Below are positions 39,786-53,380 of a DNA stretch of 64,000 nt, one piece after another. A program made the translations under genes and the position numbers. The stretch covers positions 356,376,001 through 356,440,000 of the forward strand of contig OZ024741.1 of assembly GCA_964016885.1 (NCBI GenBank), read 5' to 3'. The notes below the pieces were generated by a model that had not been told where the DNA came from, did not search any database, and worked only from the letters and a program-made list of their open reading frames with translations. Source of the DNA: Eledone cirrhosa. Lineage: Eukaryota. The first letter of the stretch is position 1; the number at the start of each line of letters is the position of its first letter.

Positions 39786-40888
39786 GTAAGTAGTCAACAT
39801 ATTTATTTTCTATAGTTTTGCAATATTTAGTCATTCTTATAATTTTCATTAAGACAGCAAATTACCTGACTCATTTGGGCATGAAATAGAATGGTAATCA
39901 TTCCAGCTCTCTGCACTCAAATCCCATTAAGGTCACCTTTGCCTTTCATCTTTTCAGAGTTAATAAATAAAATAGCAGTCAAGTATTAAGATCAATTCTT
40001 TTTCTAAGAAATTGGCTTTGGTTAACCCAGGAAAGGGTTAAGTGTTGCCAGGTTTAAAATGCTCCAGACATACTGAATGTCGCAACGGTGCCCCTATGAC
40101 TACATTAGCATTTAAAGGATCAGTGATCAAGGATATGTTCCATTACTACTATTACTAGTTGAATTAAATTTTTATGTTATTACTTTGAATCAGTTTATAT
40201 TCTTATTGTGCCTTTAATTTGAAATAATTGCAGTTTTGCATGTTTATGTTTTAAAGCTTGCCAAACAAAGAGTCAGGAGTCTTCAGCTCTGTCAAAGACA
40301 TGACAACCTCTCTAGTACCATGATGAAATGTACTTGGTAGAGTGCAGCAATGTATGTAAGCAAGATGTGGGCTCCTGGCCTATCTGAGCACTTGGTAGAA
40401 GTGAAATGCAAGTGCCTGACATATCTGAGAGGTCAGTAGTGGCAACCTGTTAACAGGGAAACAGATGTTAATGAAATTGGATAGATGGAAACCTTGGAAG
40501 CTTGCTGAATGGACTATACTTGTAATTCAAAGGGCCAGCCATGTCACACATTGTATGATGCTGAATCTCTCTGAGAATTAAATTAAGCATACACGTCTGT
40601 GGAATGCTCAGCCACTTACACACTAATTTCATAAACATGCTATTCTGTTGATCAAACAACTGGAACACTTATCATCAAAAGTAATGGAGATCCATTCTGT
40701 TCCATTCCACATGTTGAGTTTGTGAGTCTTTCTTACAATTTGCAACAACATTCTTGAATATATATCAGATCGGCTATTATTTTTGTATTTTTTAACTCCC
40801 TTACTTATGACCAGATTGTGTATTTGATAGAGGTATATGTTATCTTACATAATTACTAATATAGCCTTTAAACTTTGTATTTTGATAG

Positions 40889-40946
40889 TCAACTCTATGT
40901 GGACTTGTTAGTTGCCGTTGTGTAGCTCTTGATTTGAGGGGCCATG
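40889..40946 (+). CDS. PPME1: PPME1 exon (STLCGLVSCRCVALDLRGHG)
   Basis: DLRGHG motif; AG/GTAAGT boundaries; phase 0-1. Confidence 0.92.
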
Positions 40947-42042
40947 GTAAGTATATATACTCTGTTTTTTTTCTTTTCATTGTTATTTTGTTTCCTGTTA
41001 ATTAGTTATTTATTAATCCTTTCATTATTATATTTCTAATGAAAAACGCTGCCTCTGATTTTCTAATGATTTTGAAAATAAGACTGGACTAGCATATGAC
41101 AACCTTTCTAATGTTGGTGTCATGATAAAATTCAGTGGACACCCTGTAAAGTGTTAGTGCCATGATAAAATGCAGCCATCCCACCCATTAAAGTGGTAGT
41201 GCTGGTGTCATGGAAAACACACCCAGTGCACCCTGTGAAACACTTAAGAAGTGCATCCACATCCAACTATAGAAACCATGCTAAATGTGGAACATAATGT
41301 GGAAGATTGGTCACTTGAACTCACCTTGTTTTAAGACCATGATAACCTGTGTCCAACACTTGCCAGTGTGGAAAGCAGATGTAAAAATGTGATGATGATG
41401 GGGGAATGAAATCCTCTAAATTATGGGACATAAACAAACAGTACCAGTAAATATAAACACAGACAAATATATATGTACACACACACACACATATATGATG
41501 GTCTGCACAGTTTCCATCCACAAAATTCAACTCTCAAGGCATAGGTCAACCCAAGGCTACGGAAGGAGTAATTTGCCCAAGGTGTTATACAGTGTGACTG
41601 AACCTAAAACCATATGGTTTTGAAAGAGACTCCTTAACTATACAGCCATGATGGCAATAACTCTCCAGCAATATGTCTTACTTTCTTATCATCATCATTT
41701 TACATCTGCTTTTCCCTGCTTGCAAGGGTGGGACGGGTCCTATTCAGCACAGCATCTCTCCACTTGTCATGGTCCTTCGTCATCTCCTCCGTGAGTTTCA
41801 GCGATCTGAGGTCTGCTCTCACCACCTCCGCCCATGTTTTTTCGTGGTCTTCCTCATTGTTTTTGTTTTTAAGAAATCATTATTAAGCTGGTGTTTGAAA
41901 CATAACTTAACATTTTCTTTCATATTAGAAGACTTAAATATGTGCCCTTTCAAACAAACAGTTTTGAATCTTAGAATCATGCACTCATGGTTTTAAGCAG
42001 TTTAGTATCAAAAAGGTTAAATGTGTTTTCTTGCTATTTTAG

Positions 42043-42094
42043 GAGATACTGTAACTGAAGATGATACTGATTTATCTAGTGAGACATTGTCAAG
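42043..42094 (+). CDS. PPME1: PPME1 exon (DTVTEDDTDLSSETLS)
   Basis: DLS.ET motif; AG/GTGAGT; phase 1-2. Confidence 0.9.
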
Positions 42095-44387
42095 GTGAGT
42101 CTAAAATGAATTTGTTTAATTGCTTCTGTTAAAGATTTTTTTGTTTTTGTCTTTCCCCCCCTACCATCTCCTTATTTCTTTTCTTTTCTGCTATTGCATT
42201 TCTAACCAAGTTATGAATGAAATTTAATAGAGATATTAGATTTTGTTTTTCACCCTTTCAAACTACACCTGCAAAAATAGAGGGAAAAAAAGTATTATGT
42301 TAGTAGTCTGTTTCAGACAGTGGCTAGATAGTGATAAGAGAATTACATGAAGGAATTAACTGGACAAAGAATGCAAGTTTAATACATTAATGTTGCACAT
42401 ATAAGTATATTGCTTATGAAAAGAAACAGAGGTAATAAGGTCTTTAAAGGGAATATGTTATATATTTCATGACATTGAACTCTAAAACATGTAGTGGAAT
42501 AAAGACAAATGTTTTTATTACCATATAAATACTTTGAGGGTATGTTAGCTTGGATACTATTATCTGCCTTTCCATGCTGGCATGGGTTGGATGGTTCATT
42601 ACTAAGCAAGTCAGTACTTAATTGGAACTACTGTCCTCTTAGAGAGGACTGGGGACGCATCTCACATTTCAGTTTTTTTATATAGTTTCTACAGCTGGAT
42701 GCCCTTCCTGATGTCAGCCACTTTACAGAGTGTATAGGGTGAATGTTATCATGAGGCCAGCTCTTGGGAAGTTATGTCGTTGTACCAAATGAAGAGTCTT
42801 CTCAACCCTTTCTCACATGATTTCTATGGCTAGATTCCCTCACTAATGCCAACCACTTTACGGAATGTATTGGGTGCATTTTATCATGGTGTCAACATTA
42901 GGGAAGTTGTCTTGTCCTTGACATGGTTGAAGTGTTCTCTCAACACTATTTAGCATGGTTTCTATGGTTGAATTCCCTCCCTAACACAAACCATTTTACG
43001 GAATGTACTGGGTGCATTTTATCATGGTACTAACATTAGAGTGGGTGTTATGTCCTTGATATGAAAATTATTTCATCAATGATTTTTTTTATGCAATTTC
43101 TGAAAGATATTTGGTTGTTAGAATTGAATAAACCTAATCTTGGTCGTTAGAATTGAATAGATAAAGTTAATTTTAGTCATTAGAATTGAATAGATAAAGC
43201 TAATTTTCCTAGACTTCAACATTAGCAATAGTTAATTATGTATTCTTACCAGGTGAGATCCACAATCCAAAGTGATACAACAAGGATTTTGAACTGAACA
43301 AGATGGTTCTAATGTTGAGCTGGCCATAGAAAGGTGAGAAATTTCTTCTTGGGTGAGATGTATGCTGATTGAATCTCATTGACTAACAAACCTTTGTGGT
43401 TCAATCTCTCTTAGCCATTACTTATTTCCTGAAAAAATACATCATCATCATCCGTTTTCTCATGAACAGCTCCAAACTTCAAGAATTCAACATGCCATGT
43501 AAGTTAGGACAAGATATCACTATTGAACTTTTGAGGGAACCACAAATATCTCCTATTGACAAAACTATATTGGAGACAGTTGTTTCCCTTTTCAGTGCTA
43601 AAATTCACTTTAACCCTTTCATTAACATATTTCTAATGAAAGACATGGCCTATGATTTTCAAATAATTTTTTAAATAATCAAAGAATTTGAAGAGATTTA
43701 TTAATATGACTAACTTTCTCATTATTAAGTTGATGTTTGGTACATAATTTAAAACTACTTACACAAAAATTTGATAGAAGATTTTAATTTAAATATGAAC
43801 ATTTTATATCATGGAACCAGGAGCGATCTTGGGTGGTTTAGTATCAAAAGGGTTATGAACATCTCTTTGAAACTGCATTTGTGTCTATGCATTTTGAGCA
43901 ATTAATAACTTATTTCATTTTAAGCTTAACATAAACCCATAAACCTCACCCACCAATCTATATAGTAAACATTTTACATGCCACAGTCACATATCTTTCT
44001 CTCTCGATTAACAACATTTGGAAAAAACAGTACTATTCTAACGTTAAGCAAGAAAGTAGCTATAAAATTAAGTTGAGCCATTAGTCGTGTTAGGGTTATG
44101 TTCCTGAGGTATAAACAGAACTAATTGCTGTAAGAAATCGACATCATCAATGTTTTATCTTTGCTTTTCTATGCAAGCTTCGGTTAGATGAGTTTTCTGG
44201 GCTATTATATTTAGGCACCACTACTAACATTGCCACTATACAATGTATCCAATAATCAAAAACATGCACCTTTCTTGACCTATCTATCCTCATGACATGA
44301 CAGACATGCAAACATCGAAAAAAGACATTAAACAGTGATGAGGTTAAATTTATTTAATTACTTTCTTGGTGGTTCATTCTTGTATGC

Positions 44388-44740
44388 AGGCATGGCCAAA
44401 TGGTTAAGAAGTTCGCTTCACAACCATGTCTTGGGTTCGATCCCTTTGCATAGTATCTTGAGTAAGTGTTGTTACAAGAGCTTTCAGTCAACCTAAGCCT
44501 CGTGACTGAAATTGAGTAAACAGAAACTGTGGAAGCCCTTCAAATGGATTGTACCTCTAATTCAAGGGTCCAGCCTTGTCATATATTGTATAAGGCTGGA
44601 TTTACCTATGATCTACACATTAAAGGAACACATGTCTGTGGAATACTTGAGCATTTACATGTTAATTCATGTGTTGGTCATAGAGTTGATCGAATAACTG
44701 AATGCTCATCATCAAAAATAATGGTTCCATTATCATCATC
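44388..44740 (+). mobile_element. tRNA-derived SINE
   Basis: A box TGGCCAAATGG, B box GGTTCGATCC; minus copies at ~26.6-26.8 and 41.5-41.65 kb. Confidence 0.6.
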
Positions 44741-45768
44741 TGAGAAACTACAGAAACCAGACAATCCAGATGAATTATCAAATATTTTTTTTTTTTTTTT
44801 TTTTTTTTTGTAGGATAAGGCAAAATGTAGGAGATTTTAGTCGGGAAAGTGGCCTTCAAATGTTTGTTGTTGCTGTTGTCTAGAGTAGTGACAACAAATA
44901 CATTAAATATATTGTCAGAGAAAATTCTAAAAATGGAGAAAAAATTTAAATGATTAAGTTTTCTTTTTTGCCCACTTATTTCTGGGCAGGTCGTAGGAGC
45001 CCCTGCTCCTCAAGCGCATCTTCCAGCGGGTTCTGTCAAAAGAAACCATTTGCAATTGATCCAGCTGAATCCCCTCGTGACCAGCTGAGCTTATGAACGT
45101 TATCCAACCATCTTGCTGGGTATCCTGCCAGTTAGTTTGACCAGTAAAATCTGTCCAGTGATTCTTTCTTGTGACATTCTAACTACATGTCCATAATACC
45201 AGAGCTGTAATCTCTCTAAAAATTGGTTTGTTAATTCAAAGATCTTTGTGGAAATTTGCAGTAAACTAAACACTTCAATTTTTCATGTGATGCAGTCATA
45301 AGGCTGTTTTTTTACTTTTCAAGAATTTCTTGCTAATGTGGTTATATGTGGAGCAGGACATTATGAGTTTATAGGCATGCATAGTTTATTTTATTTTAAT
45401 ATATAATTAATAGTAGTATCAATATTTTTCATTTATAAAAAACATTGCTATTTAGATTAATCTCTAATTCATAAAAAGAAAAATGAATCAATTATAGATA
45501 AGAGAGGTGACAGTAATTGTAAATACATATATGATATTCCTGTTTAATACAACATAAAATAATTATTTTGTGTCTGGAACAGTACATTTATTCTAATATA
45601 AGGTTGAATTATTGTTCAATAAAAATATTTTAATACTACTTAGTTATAGGAAGGGCATCTAGCCATAAAAAAACTTGCTAAATAAAAGATTGTGAGGATT
45701 CGTCAGTTGTGTCAAAGACATAACCTCCTTAGTGATGGGGCTACAATGAAATGCACCCTATATGTAAC

Positions 45769-45962
45769 CAGCCTGTCAACTCTCCCCGTCCAATGGTGAG
45801 ATCTCCCATCCACTTTGGGGTGGGTGAGAGATGTCTTCTCTTGTAAAAATAAGTATAGCTTTCATTTTGTAAAATCTCCCCATTTTGCTTCATTTCTCCT
45901 CGTTTGGGGGCACTTTTTTCCATAGTATTCCCCGTTTGGGTTTTTAGAGGTTGGCAGGTCTG
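45769..45962. mobile_element. hAT-like MITE inserted in an older repeat
   Basis: CAGCCTGTCAAC / GTTGGCAGGTCTG ends with ATGTAA(G)C on both flanks. Confidence 0.45.
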
Positions 45963-46280
45963 ATGTAAGCAAGATACTGCCCCCAGCCTACCTGAGAGGT
46001 CAGTAGCTCCAATTAAGTACCTTGTTAACAATAATAGTAAATATTTTGTCAGAAAACTTATGGAAAGGGTTAATTAAAAGACAGTGTGTAATTTTTTTCT
46101 AATATTTTAACAAGAAACACTTCATGTAGTTAATACATGGTTTAGAATAATGCAAATTTGATTTTGAAAGACCAATAGAATTAAGCTGTTAGGATTGATG
46201 CTGTCTATCAGTAAAAACCCAAGAAATTTATGAGATACAACCTCATAGGATGTCATCAAAACTTGTGTAGATGTGAGCCA

Positions 46281-48110
46281 TAATAATAATAATAATGAAT
46301 TATTGTGTACAGTGCTCAGGTGCACTACAACTCATCAAAGGTGCATGTATAGTACATAGAATAATGTACAAATGTCAGGAAAATGAACAGTGTATGAGTC
46401 ATGATATAATAACAATAACAATAATGAAATATTGTGTACAGTGCCCAGGTGCACCACAACTCATCAAAAAAGTGCATGTACAGTACATAGGGCAATGCAC
46501 AAACATCAGTAAAATGAACAGTGCACGAGTCATGATACACACATGTGTGCATGTGTATGGAAAGGGTACATCAGGTGTAGTTTTGGCGTATTTTGGGAAG
46601 CATGAGTGTCTTAAAGGATGCAGTGTCTCGGCAGCTAACAATTGACGCAGGCAGTTTGTTCCATGCTTCAGCAACTCTGAGCGTGAGAAAATGTCTGCGA
46701 AAGTCATGGGAGCTGTGCTGTTTTCTTATCTTGTAGGCATGTCCACGTGTGTTAGACACATGGAGATCAAAGAGGCGCTCAGGGTTGCAGTTGGCGAGAT
46801 GGTTAAAAACTTTGTGGGTATTCACCAAGTCCATTGCCAGACGTCGGAGCTTCAATGAATCCATTAGACACATGGAGATCAAAGAGGCGCTCAGGGTTGC
46901 AGTTGGCGAGATGGTTAAAAACTTTGTGGGTATTCACCAAGTCCATTGCCAGACGTCGGAGCTTCAATGAATCCATGCCCAGGGAAGCAAGGCGTTCAGA
47001 GTATGGTAGGTGTCTGATGGAGGGTATACGCTTGGTTGCACGTCTCTGAACAGTTTCCAGGAGGTCAATGTTCCGAGCAAGATAGGGGTTCCAGACTGAT
47101 GATGCGAATTCCAAGTGTGGTCGCACCATAGCTGTATACAGTTTTAAATAGATGGCTGGAGAGCGGCTAACAAAGGTCTTGCTGGGTGATGCCAAGACAC
47201 CCTCGGCCTTCTTGACAATCTTAGAGACATGCTTTGTCCAACGCAAATCGTTGCTGACAGTAATGCCCAGGTCACGTTCACAAGAGGACTTTTTGATGTC
47301 AGTGTTGTGGAGGGAGTATGTGGACGCTGGATTTTTCCTTCCAAAATGCATGGTGGTACACTTGTCCACAGCCAGCTTCAGTTGCCAGTCTGTGATCCAT
47401 TGCTGCATTGTGTCCAGGTCTGATTGTAGGAAAGAGTTGTAAATTTCAGGATCAGTCCTTTTGATTTCAAGGTACAGCTTGATGTCATCTGCATATTTTA
47501 GTACCGTGGCATTCTGTAAGTTGGCATCTATGTCATTAATATATGCCACAAACAAAAGAGGACCAAGAACAGATCCCTGTGGTACACCAGATGACATCTC
47601 ATATGGTGAAGAATGCTGTCCTAGAACCGTGACTACTTCCTTTCGGCTGAGAATGAAGGATTTCAGCCAGTCGAAAAGATCATCCCTCACACCCATTGCA
47701 GAGAGTTTTGCCATAAGTCTTTTGTGTGGCACAGAATTAAAAGCCTTAGCAAAGTCAAGGTAAACAACATCCACCCATGAGCCGCTGTCAGTGATCCGGG
47801 TGATATCCTCAAGGAACTCGATAAGCTGATCACAACAGCTGGAGTTAGGGATAAATCCAAACTGTGAGGGCCGGATGAGGCTGTGAGAGCTCCAGAAGTT
47901 CCAAAGTGTTTCTCTGACACAGGATTCCATCAGTTTGGCCATACAGCTAGTAAGACTGACTGGACAATAGTTGACAGGTGACATGCGGTTGCCCTTTTTG
48001 AACAGGGGAATGACACTGGCAGTTTTCCACTGCTCCGGAGTAGCACCATTGCTGAGACAGTATTGAAAGAAAAAAGAAAGCTGGCGCAAAAGGAAATCCC
48101 CTGATAACAG
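46281..48110 (-). mobile_element. CR1/L2-type LINE, 5'-truncated, open RT frame
   Basis: PLFKKG, QFGF, YLDFAKAF, SGVPQGSVLGPLLF, YADD, ERDLG; 112-bp tandem duplication at 46752-46975; (TTA)n tail. Confidence 0.92.
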
Positions 48111-48694
48111 AATTATAACAGAATTATGTGTTTTCTCAGGAAATTGAAATATTACATAGGAAGTCATGAGTGAAAGGTCACTTTATCTTCAATACTTCAT
48201 ACTACATTGGAAAAGAAATATTTATTTAAGGATAGGAAAGAAAAGAGCTTATCATCAAACTGGACTAAGGAAATAATGTTTCCATTTATCTGTCCATAGC
48301 TGACATTATCTGCCAGTCACAATCCCTGAGAGAAGGAGGAAAGATTTATTTAAAGTCAGAACTAACAGGGCGGGATCAGATACCACAAAATACCCTGTCC
48401 AACTTTTTAACAATCCTGTCAATCTACCGTCCCTGGACTGGTACATGATTTATTGATCCTGAAAAGATGATTGGCAAAGTTGACTTTAGTGTTATTTCAA
48501 TTCAGTGCTGAGAGCTCGAACAAATACCAAAGCATTCAATTTAACACCTGAACAACTCTGCCAGTTTGATGCCTACATGATAAAAAAAAACAGGCATTAA
48601 GATTTACTTTTTACTTTGTTTGAAAATCTATATTACCGATCCTTACATAGATTATTATAAATGATGCAAATTAAATAATAATGTTTTGTTTCAG

Positions 48695-48763
48695 TGATGT
48701 TGGTGCTGTAATTAATGAAATGTATGGAACTGAAGCTCCACCTATTATTCTCATAGGCCACAG
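48695..48763 (+). CDS. PPME1: PPME1 exon (DVGAVINEMYGTEAPPIILIGH-S)
   Basis: Matches PME-1 DVG.V...MYG..PPI.LIGHS; phase 2-2; CAG|GTAAGT. Confidence 0.93.
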
Positions 48764-49794
48764 GTAAGTTGGGTTGTTCATCATAATCATCAATCCCATC
48801 ATAACCATTTAACATCTATTTTCCATGCTTACATGGTTAGCTGGGCTGTCACATTATGAAACTAAACATGTCAGGTGATCATATCTTGCTTATATGTTCC
48901 GTTTTTGGCTTGGTTTTCTATGGCTGGATGCCATTTCTAATGCCAACCAATTTATAGCATGTACTGGGAGCTTTTTCCATGGTGCCAATATGACTGCTGT
49001 ACTCTGTGGACTGGGTGCTTTATGTTGTGGCACCAGCATGATCAATCATGATTCTATGATTCAGGATATCTCATTTTAAATTGTATATATTTATCTATAA
49101 ACCTTCATCATAATTGTATGTAAAAACTTTTTTGCTCCAAAAACCTGCTTAACCTTTTGATATTTACATTACTCTATATTTACTATTATATTTTTACAGT
49201 AAAGGCTTTACCTCACATAATTGTCTCACATAATATGGAATCTATGAGATTTTGATATTATATATTTTGAGAACAATACCTTAACTTCAGTATGAGCAGC
49301 CATTTACAGCCAGTTTGAACAGAAAGAAGTGAGAAAATTCTGGCCGGATATCGCCTGTTTAATGCTAAAGGGTTAATAATGAGAAGGTTAATTGTGTTAC
49401 TAAATTCCTCCAAATTCTTGATTATTTTAAAATGTATTTGAAATACATAGGCAGTGTCTTTCCTTAGAAATATGATCATGAAAAGGTTAAATAGAAACCC
49501 TTTAAAATGGATGATTTTGTTTCATAGAACCAGAAGCTGTTTGGAGCAGTTTCATGTGGTGTTAAGCAACTGAAAATATAAGACAAGATGCCAGTTTGTT
49601 GCAAGGTTAACCTTCTGATAGGGCTGGAACTCATTTTTTCCAACTGAGTTGAATGGAGTTACGTGAAATTTATTGCCCTACTCAAGGAAACAACAAGCCA
49701 CATTGTCTAGAAATCAAGCTCATAACCTTCTGTATATGATTAACTCTACATAACAGTTTATTCCAATTTCCTCAATATCTCTTTATTTTTTCAG

Positions 49795-49880
49795 TATGGG
49801 TGCTGCAATAGCTGTACACACTGCTGTAAGGTCACTCGTACCTACTTTAGTTGGGTTGGTTGTTATCGATGTTGTTGAAG
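49795..49880 (+). CDS. PPME1: PPME1 exon (MGAAIAVHTAVRSLVPTLVGLVVIDVVE)
   Basis: Completes GHSMG; contains IDVVEG; phase 2-1. Confidence 0.93.
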
Positions 49881-50492
49881 GTGAGTAGTACCACCACCTT
49901 TTTATATTTTCTTACCTTATCAATAAAATGTAAAGAATGTTTTATTTGACAGATTTTAAAACAAAATTTGGTTTTGAATGCTTTCCTTACTATATTTCTA
50001 ATGAAAGACACTACCTATGATTTTTAATTAATTTTGAAAATAATCAAGAATTTCTTAACAGATTAATAATTAGAAATTTAGTTAATTTATTAAATCTCTC
50101 CAAATTTTTTCTTATTTTAAAAATAACTAGAAATACTAGTGGACAAGTGCCATCAATAATGACAGCAATATCTCTGAATGTATTTAATTTTTGGAATTCA
50201 GAATTGGTATGCCATATATAACAAGATTACCAGATATATGAACAATCATACAAATTCAGAAATTAGCATTTTGATAAATTTAGGGCTTGCATAAGAGAAA
50301 CCCTATAGTTTATGTTTAAACACAAAAGTGAATAAAGATAAAAATATTTTAATAATTTCCAGGATATAATTACGTAGATTTTCTGTATATATGTACAAAT
50401 GACATACAGGATTAAATATATGAATAACTTGGGAGAAATAACTATTTACAGAGACACATGTAGAGTTAGAACTCGTGACCATGTGATCTTAT

Positions 50493-51855
50493 TGTGGCAA
50501 CATAACTGAGATAGAAAATACATAGTGTATGTATATATGGTCCCGTATCTCTTGATAGAACAAACAACCAACTAGTGACAAGTAAATAAACACAAAGTTC
50601 AGAGAGCTTATACCACTATTAGCCACTAGAGGGTTCTCCCTAAAAATGAAAGGCAGGTTATACGATGCCTGCATACGAACAGCAATGCTGCATGGCAGTG
50701 AGACCTGGGCATTGTGTGCAGAGGATATACGCAGACTAGAGAGGAACGAAGCTTGCATGCTCTGCTGGATGTGCAATAGTAATATACGTGAACGGCAAAG
50801 CATAAACGAACTAAGGAAAAAATTAGAAATAAGAGGGATCAGATGTTGTTTACTCGAGAGAAGGCTACGTTGGTACGGTCACGTGATGCGCATGAAAGAC
50901 GACAGCTGTATAACAAAGTGCAGGGCAATAAAGATAGACGGTAGCCACGGAGTAGGCAGACCCAGAAAAACATGGGACGAGCTGATAAATTCCGACCTCA
51001 CACGCTTACACCTCTCCAAGACAATGTCACTGGACCGAGACCTTTGGTGGTACTCAGTAATAGAGAAGACCCGCCTTACCTAAATACAAAGTAAAAACTT
51101 ACTACAGTCAGTAGGCATCTCTATCAAAACACACCCCCGTCCCACCACCTCCACCCCACCCACACCGCCCCTTTCAATGTAAAGTTATGTTGGTCCCACA
51201 ACATCCAGGCCGAAACAAATGAGATCGTGTAGGTGTCACGACAAAAAACACAGTCCACGCTGTAAATGTGGCCGTGTAGGCAACACGGTAAAAACCTCCC
51301 AGCCCCACACTGTAAATGCGGTTGGTGTTAGGAAGGGCATCCAGCTGTAGAAAACCCGCCAGACAGTCCACGCTGTAATGTGGCCGTGTAGGCAACACGG
51401 TAAAAACCTCCCAGCCCCACACTGTAAATGTGGTTGGTGTTAGGAAGGGCATCCAACTGTAGAAAACCCGCCAGACAGTCCTATGCGAGCAAGACAACCA
51501 CTCTTGCCTCAAGTGGGAAAACCCCCGTCCAAACCCATGCAAGCGTGGAACACGGACGCTAAACCTGATGATGATGATGATGATGATAAATAAATAAAAA
51601 CACGCACACACCTGGATGTAACACATGTGCAAACTAGGCACACAACTCACAAAAACAAGATGGTGTAGGACAGAACAAAGGAGACAAAATAAAAACCCAG
51701 TAACTGAGGGGGTTACAGAATGTGTGACAAAAGAGCTTTGACAATATGTAAACAACCATCCGGTTATCCAATCAACCGGAAATTTATAATAAATTGAAGT
51801 GAAAACCAACAGGTGCGTGTTTTTATTGGCAGCATGACCCTCCCAAAGTATAACA
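50493..51855. mobile_element. Possible solo LTR interrupted by an RTE insertion
   Basis: TGT..ACA ends; the terminal motif ATTGGCA(G/A)CATGACCCTCCCAAAG recurs at ~7.94 and 18.38 kb; flanks TTAT/ATAT. Confidence 0.35.
50594..51586 (+). mobile_element. RTE LINE 3' end (young)
   Basis: Near-identical to 63143-64000; (GAT)n tail; TSD-like AAATAAA(AA)CAC flanks. Confidence 0.88.
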
Positions 51856-52610
51856 ATATATATATATACACACACACACTGTAAATGTGGTTGGTGTTAC
51901 GACATCCAGCTGTAAAATACTCGACCAAATTTATAGTCCTTGCCAAAGCAAGGTGCGACATGACCAACTATGGCCAAACTTGCTTCCCAGCATGGACAAC
52001 CTGTCTAACCCATGCAAGCATGGAAGAATTGATGCTAAATGGAAATAATGATGAATGATGATATGCATATATGTGTGTTATTTTCTCTTCCTAATTAACA
52101 TTGCAGACAAGGATGAGTGTTTATGTTATGCAAACAGAGATCCTTCTGCTTAGTAGTTAGACAAGCAAAGATCTATACCTTACTTTACAAAAAAATGAGA
52201 GTTGTTATCAGGGAGGGCCTCAAGCTGTAGATTCTGCCTCAACAAGTCTTGTTGAATACATAGCAGCATGTAAAAACATAAAATCATTGATGATGGTAAT
52301 GATGATGAACTAATGATAGTTCAGTGGCATAATCAGTTATAAGGAAATAAGAAAATGCACTCAGTAGAGCGTGAGATTGTATGATAATAAGATGCAAGCC
52401 CACTGCTTATCTGAGAGGATAGTAGCTCTGCTAGATTACTGACTTGGTCTATGATAATTCATCTAACTCTTGGTAGCAGAGAAAAACGTTAAATGATGAT
52501 GGTGTGCATTGTTATATTCATTTATTTGATAGGGTTTTCCCAACTCTTTATATTCATACTAAGAATTGTTTTCTTGTTAATAGTAAATTTGAGTTTAAAA
52601 TTTTATATAG

Positions 52611-52701
52611 GTACAGCAATGGAAGCATTAAGCAGTATGCAGAGTTTTCTTCGTGGTCGCCCTTCATTTTTCAAATCCATAGAAGAAGCTATTGAATGGA
52701 G
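52611..52701 (+). CDS. PPME1: PPME1 exon (TAMEALSSMQSFLRGRPSFFKSIEEAIEW)
   Basis: Close match to PME-1 GTAMDAL.SMQ.FLRGRP..FKS.E.AIEWS; phase 1-2. Confidence 0.95.
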
Positions 52702-52744
52702 GTTAGACAAATTTCTATATTTCCTATATTTGTTTTAATGAATT

Positions 52745-53380
52745 CACAGTAAATGGTTTAGAAGGCAGGACATTACTTCCATCAGGAAAATGACTGTATT
52801 CAATATGCAGAAAAGGAGTAGAAAGAAATTCCATATAATATATACAGTGTAAAATATGGATGCAGAAGAGGTGTAGAAGGATCTCAAGCAACCTAACAAA
52901 GAAGGTAGATGCACAGGAACACTCAGTAGTAAAAATACATATGAAATGGATTCTTTCAAATGCCCAGAAGGTTCCCTGGCAGTAATTGATAGCTTTTGTT
53001 ATCAAAGCAATCTTAGAAGCTAGGGAGGCAAGTGATTTAAAAGCATAGTAGCAAGAGTAAGAGCAGAATAAAAAAAAACTTTCAGGAAGTTGATACTTAT
53101 GCTGGTAATAAAGGGCTTCTCTTTCAGAGGAAAGAGCAGATTATATGGATGCTTAGATACAAAGTGCAATGCTGCATGGTAGCAAGATATCGGCTTTAAA
53201 TGCAAAGGATTGAAAAAAGAAGAAATGAGCATGCTCCACTTGATGTGTGTTGCTAATGGGTATGAAAAACGAAGTAGAAATAAATTGAGAGCAAAGTTGG
53301 ATATAAGAGGAGTCAGATGTAGTGTGTAGGAAAGAAGACTGCATTGGCATGGATTTGTAATGCATATGGAAGAACATATA
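52745..53380 (+). mobile_element. Old RTE LINE fragment
   Basis: Degenerate PSGK..CSICRKGV and RL.WHG remnants. Confidence 0.6.
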
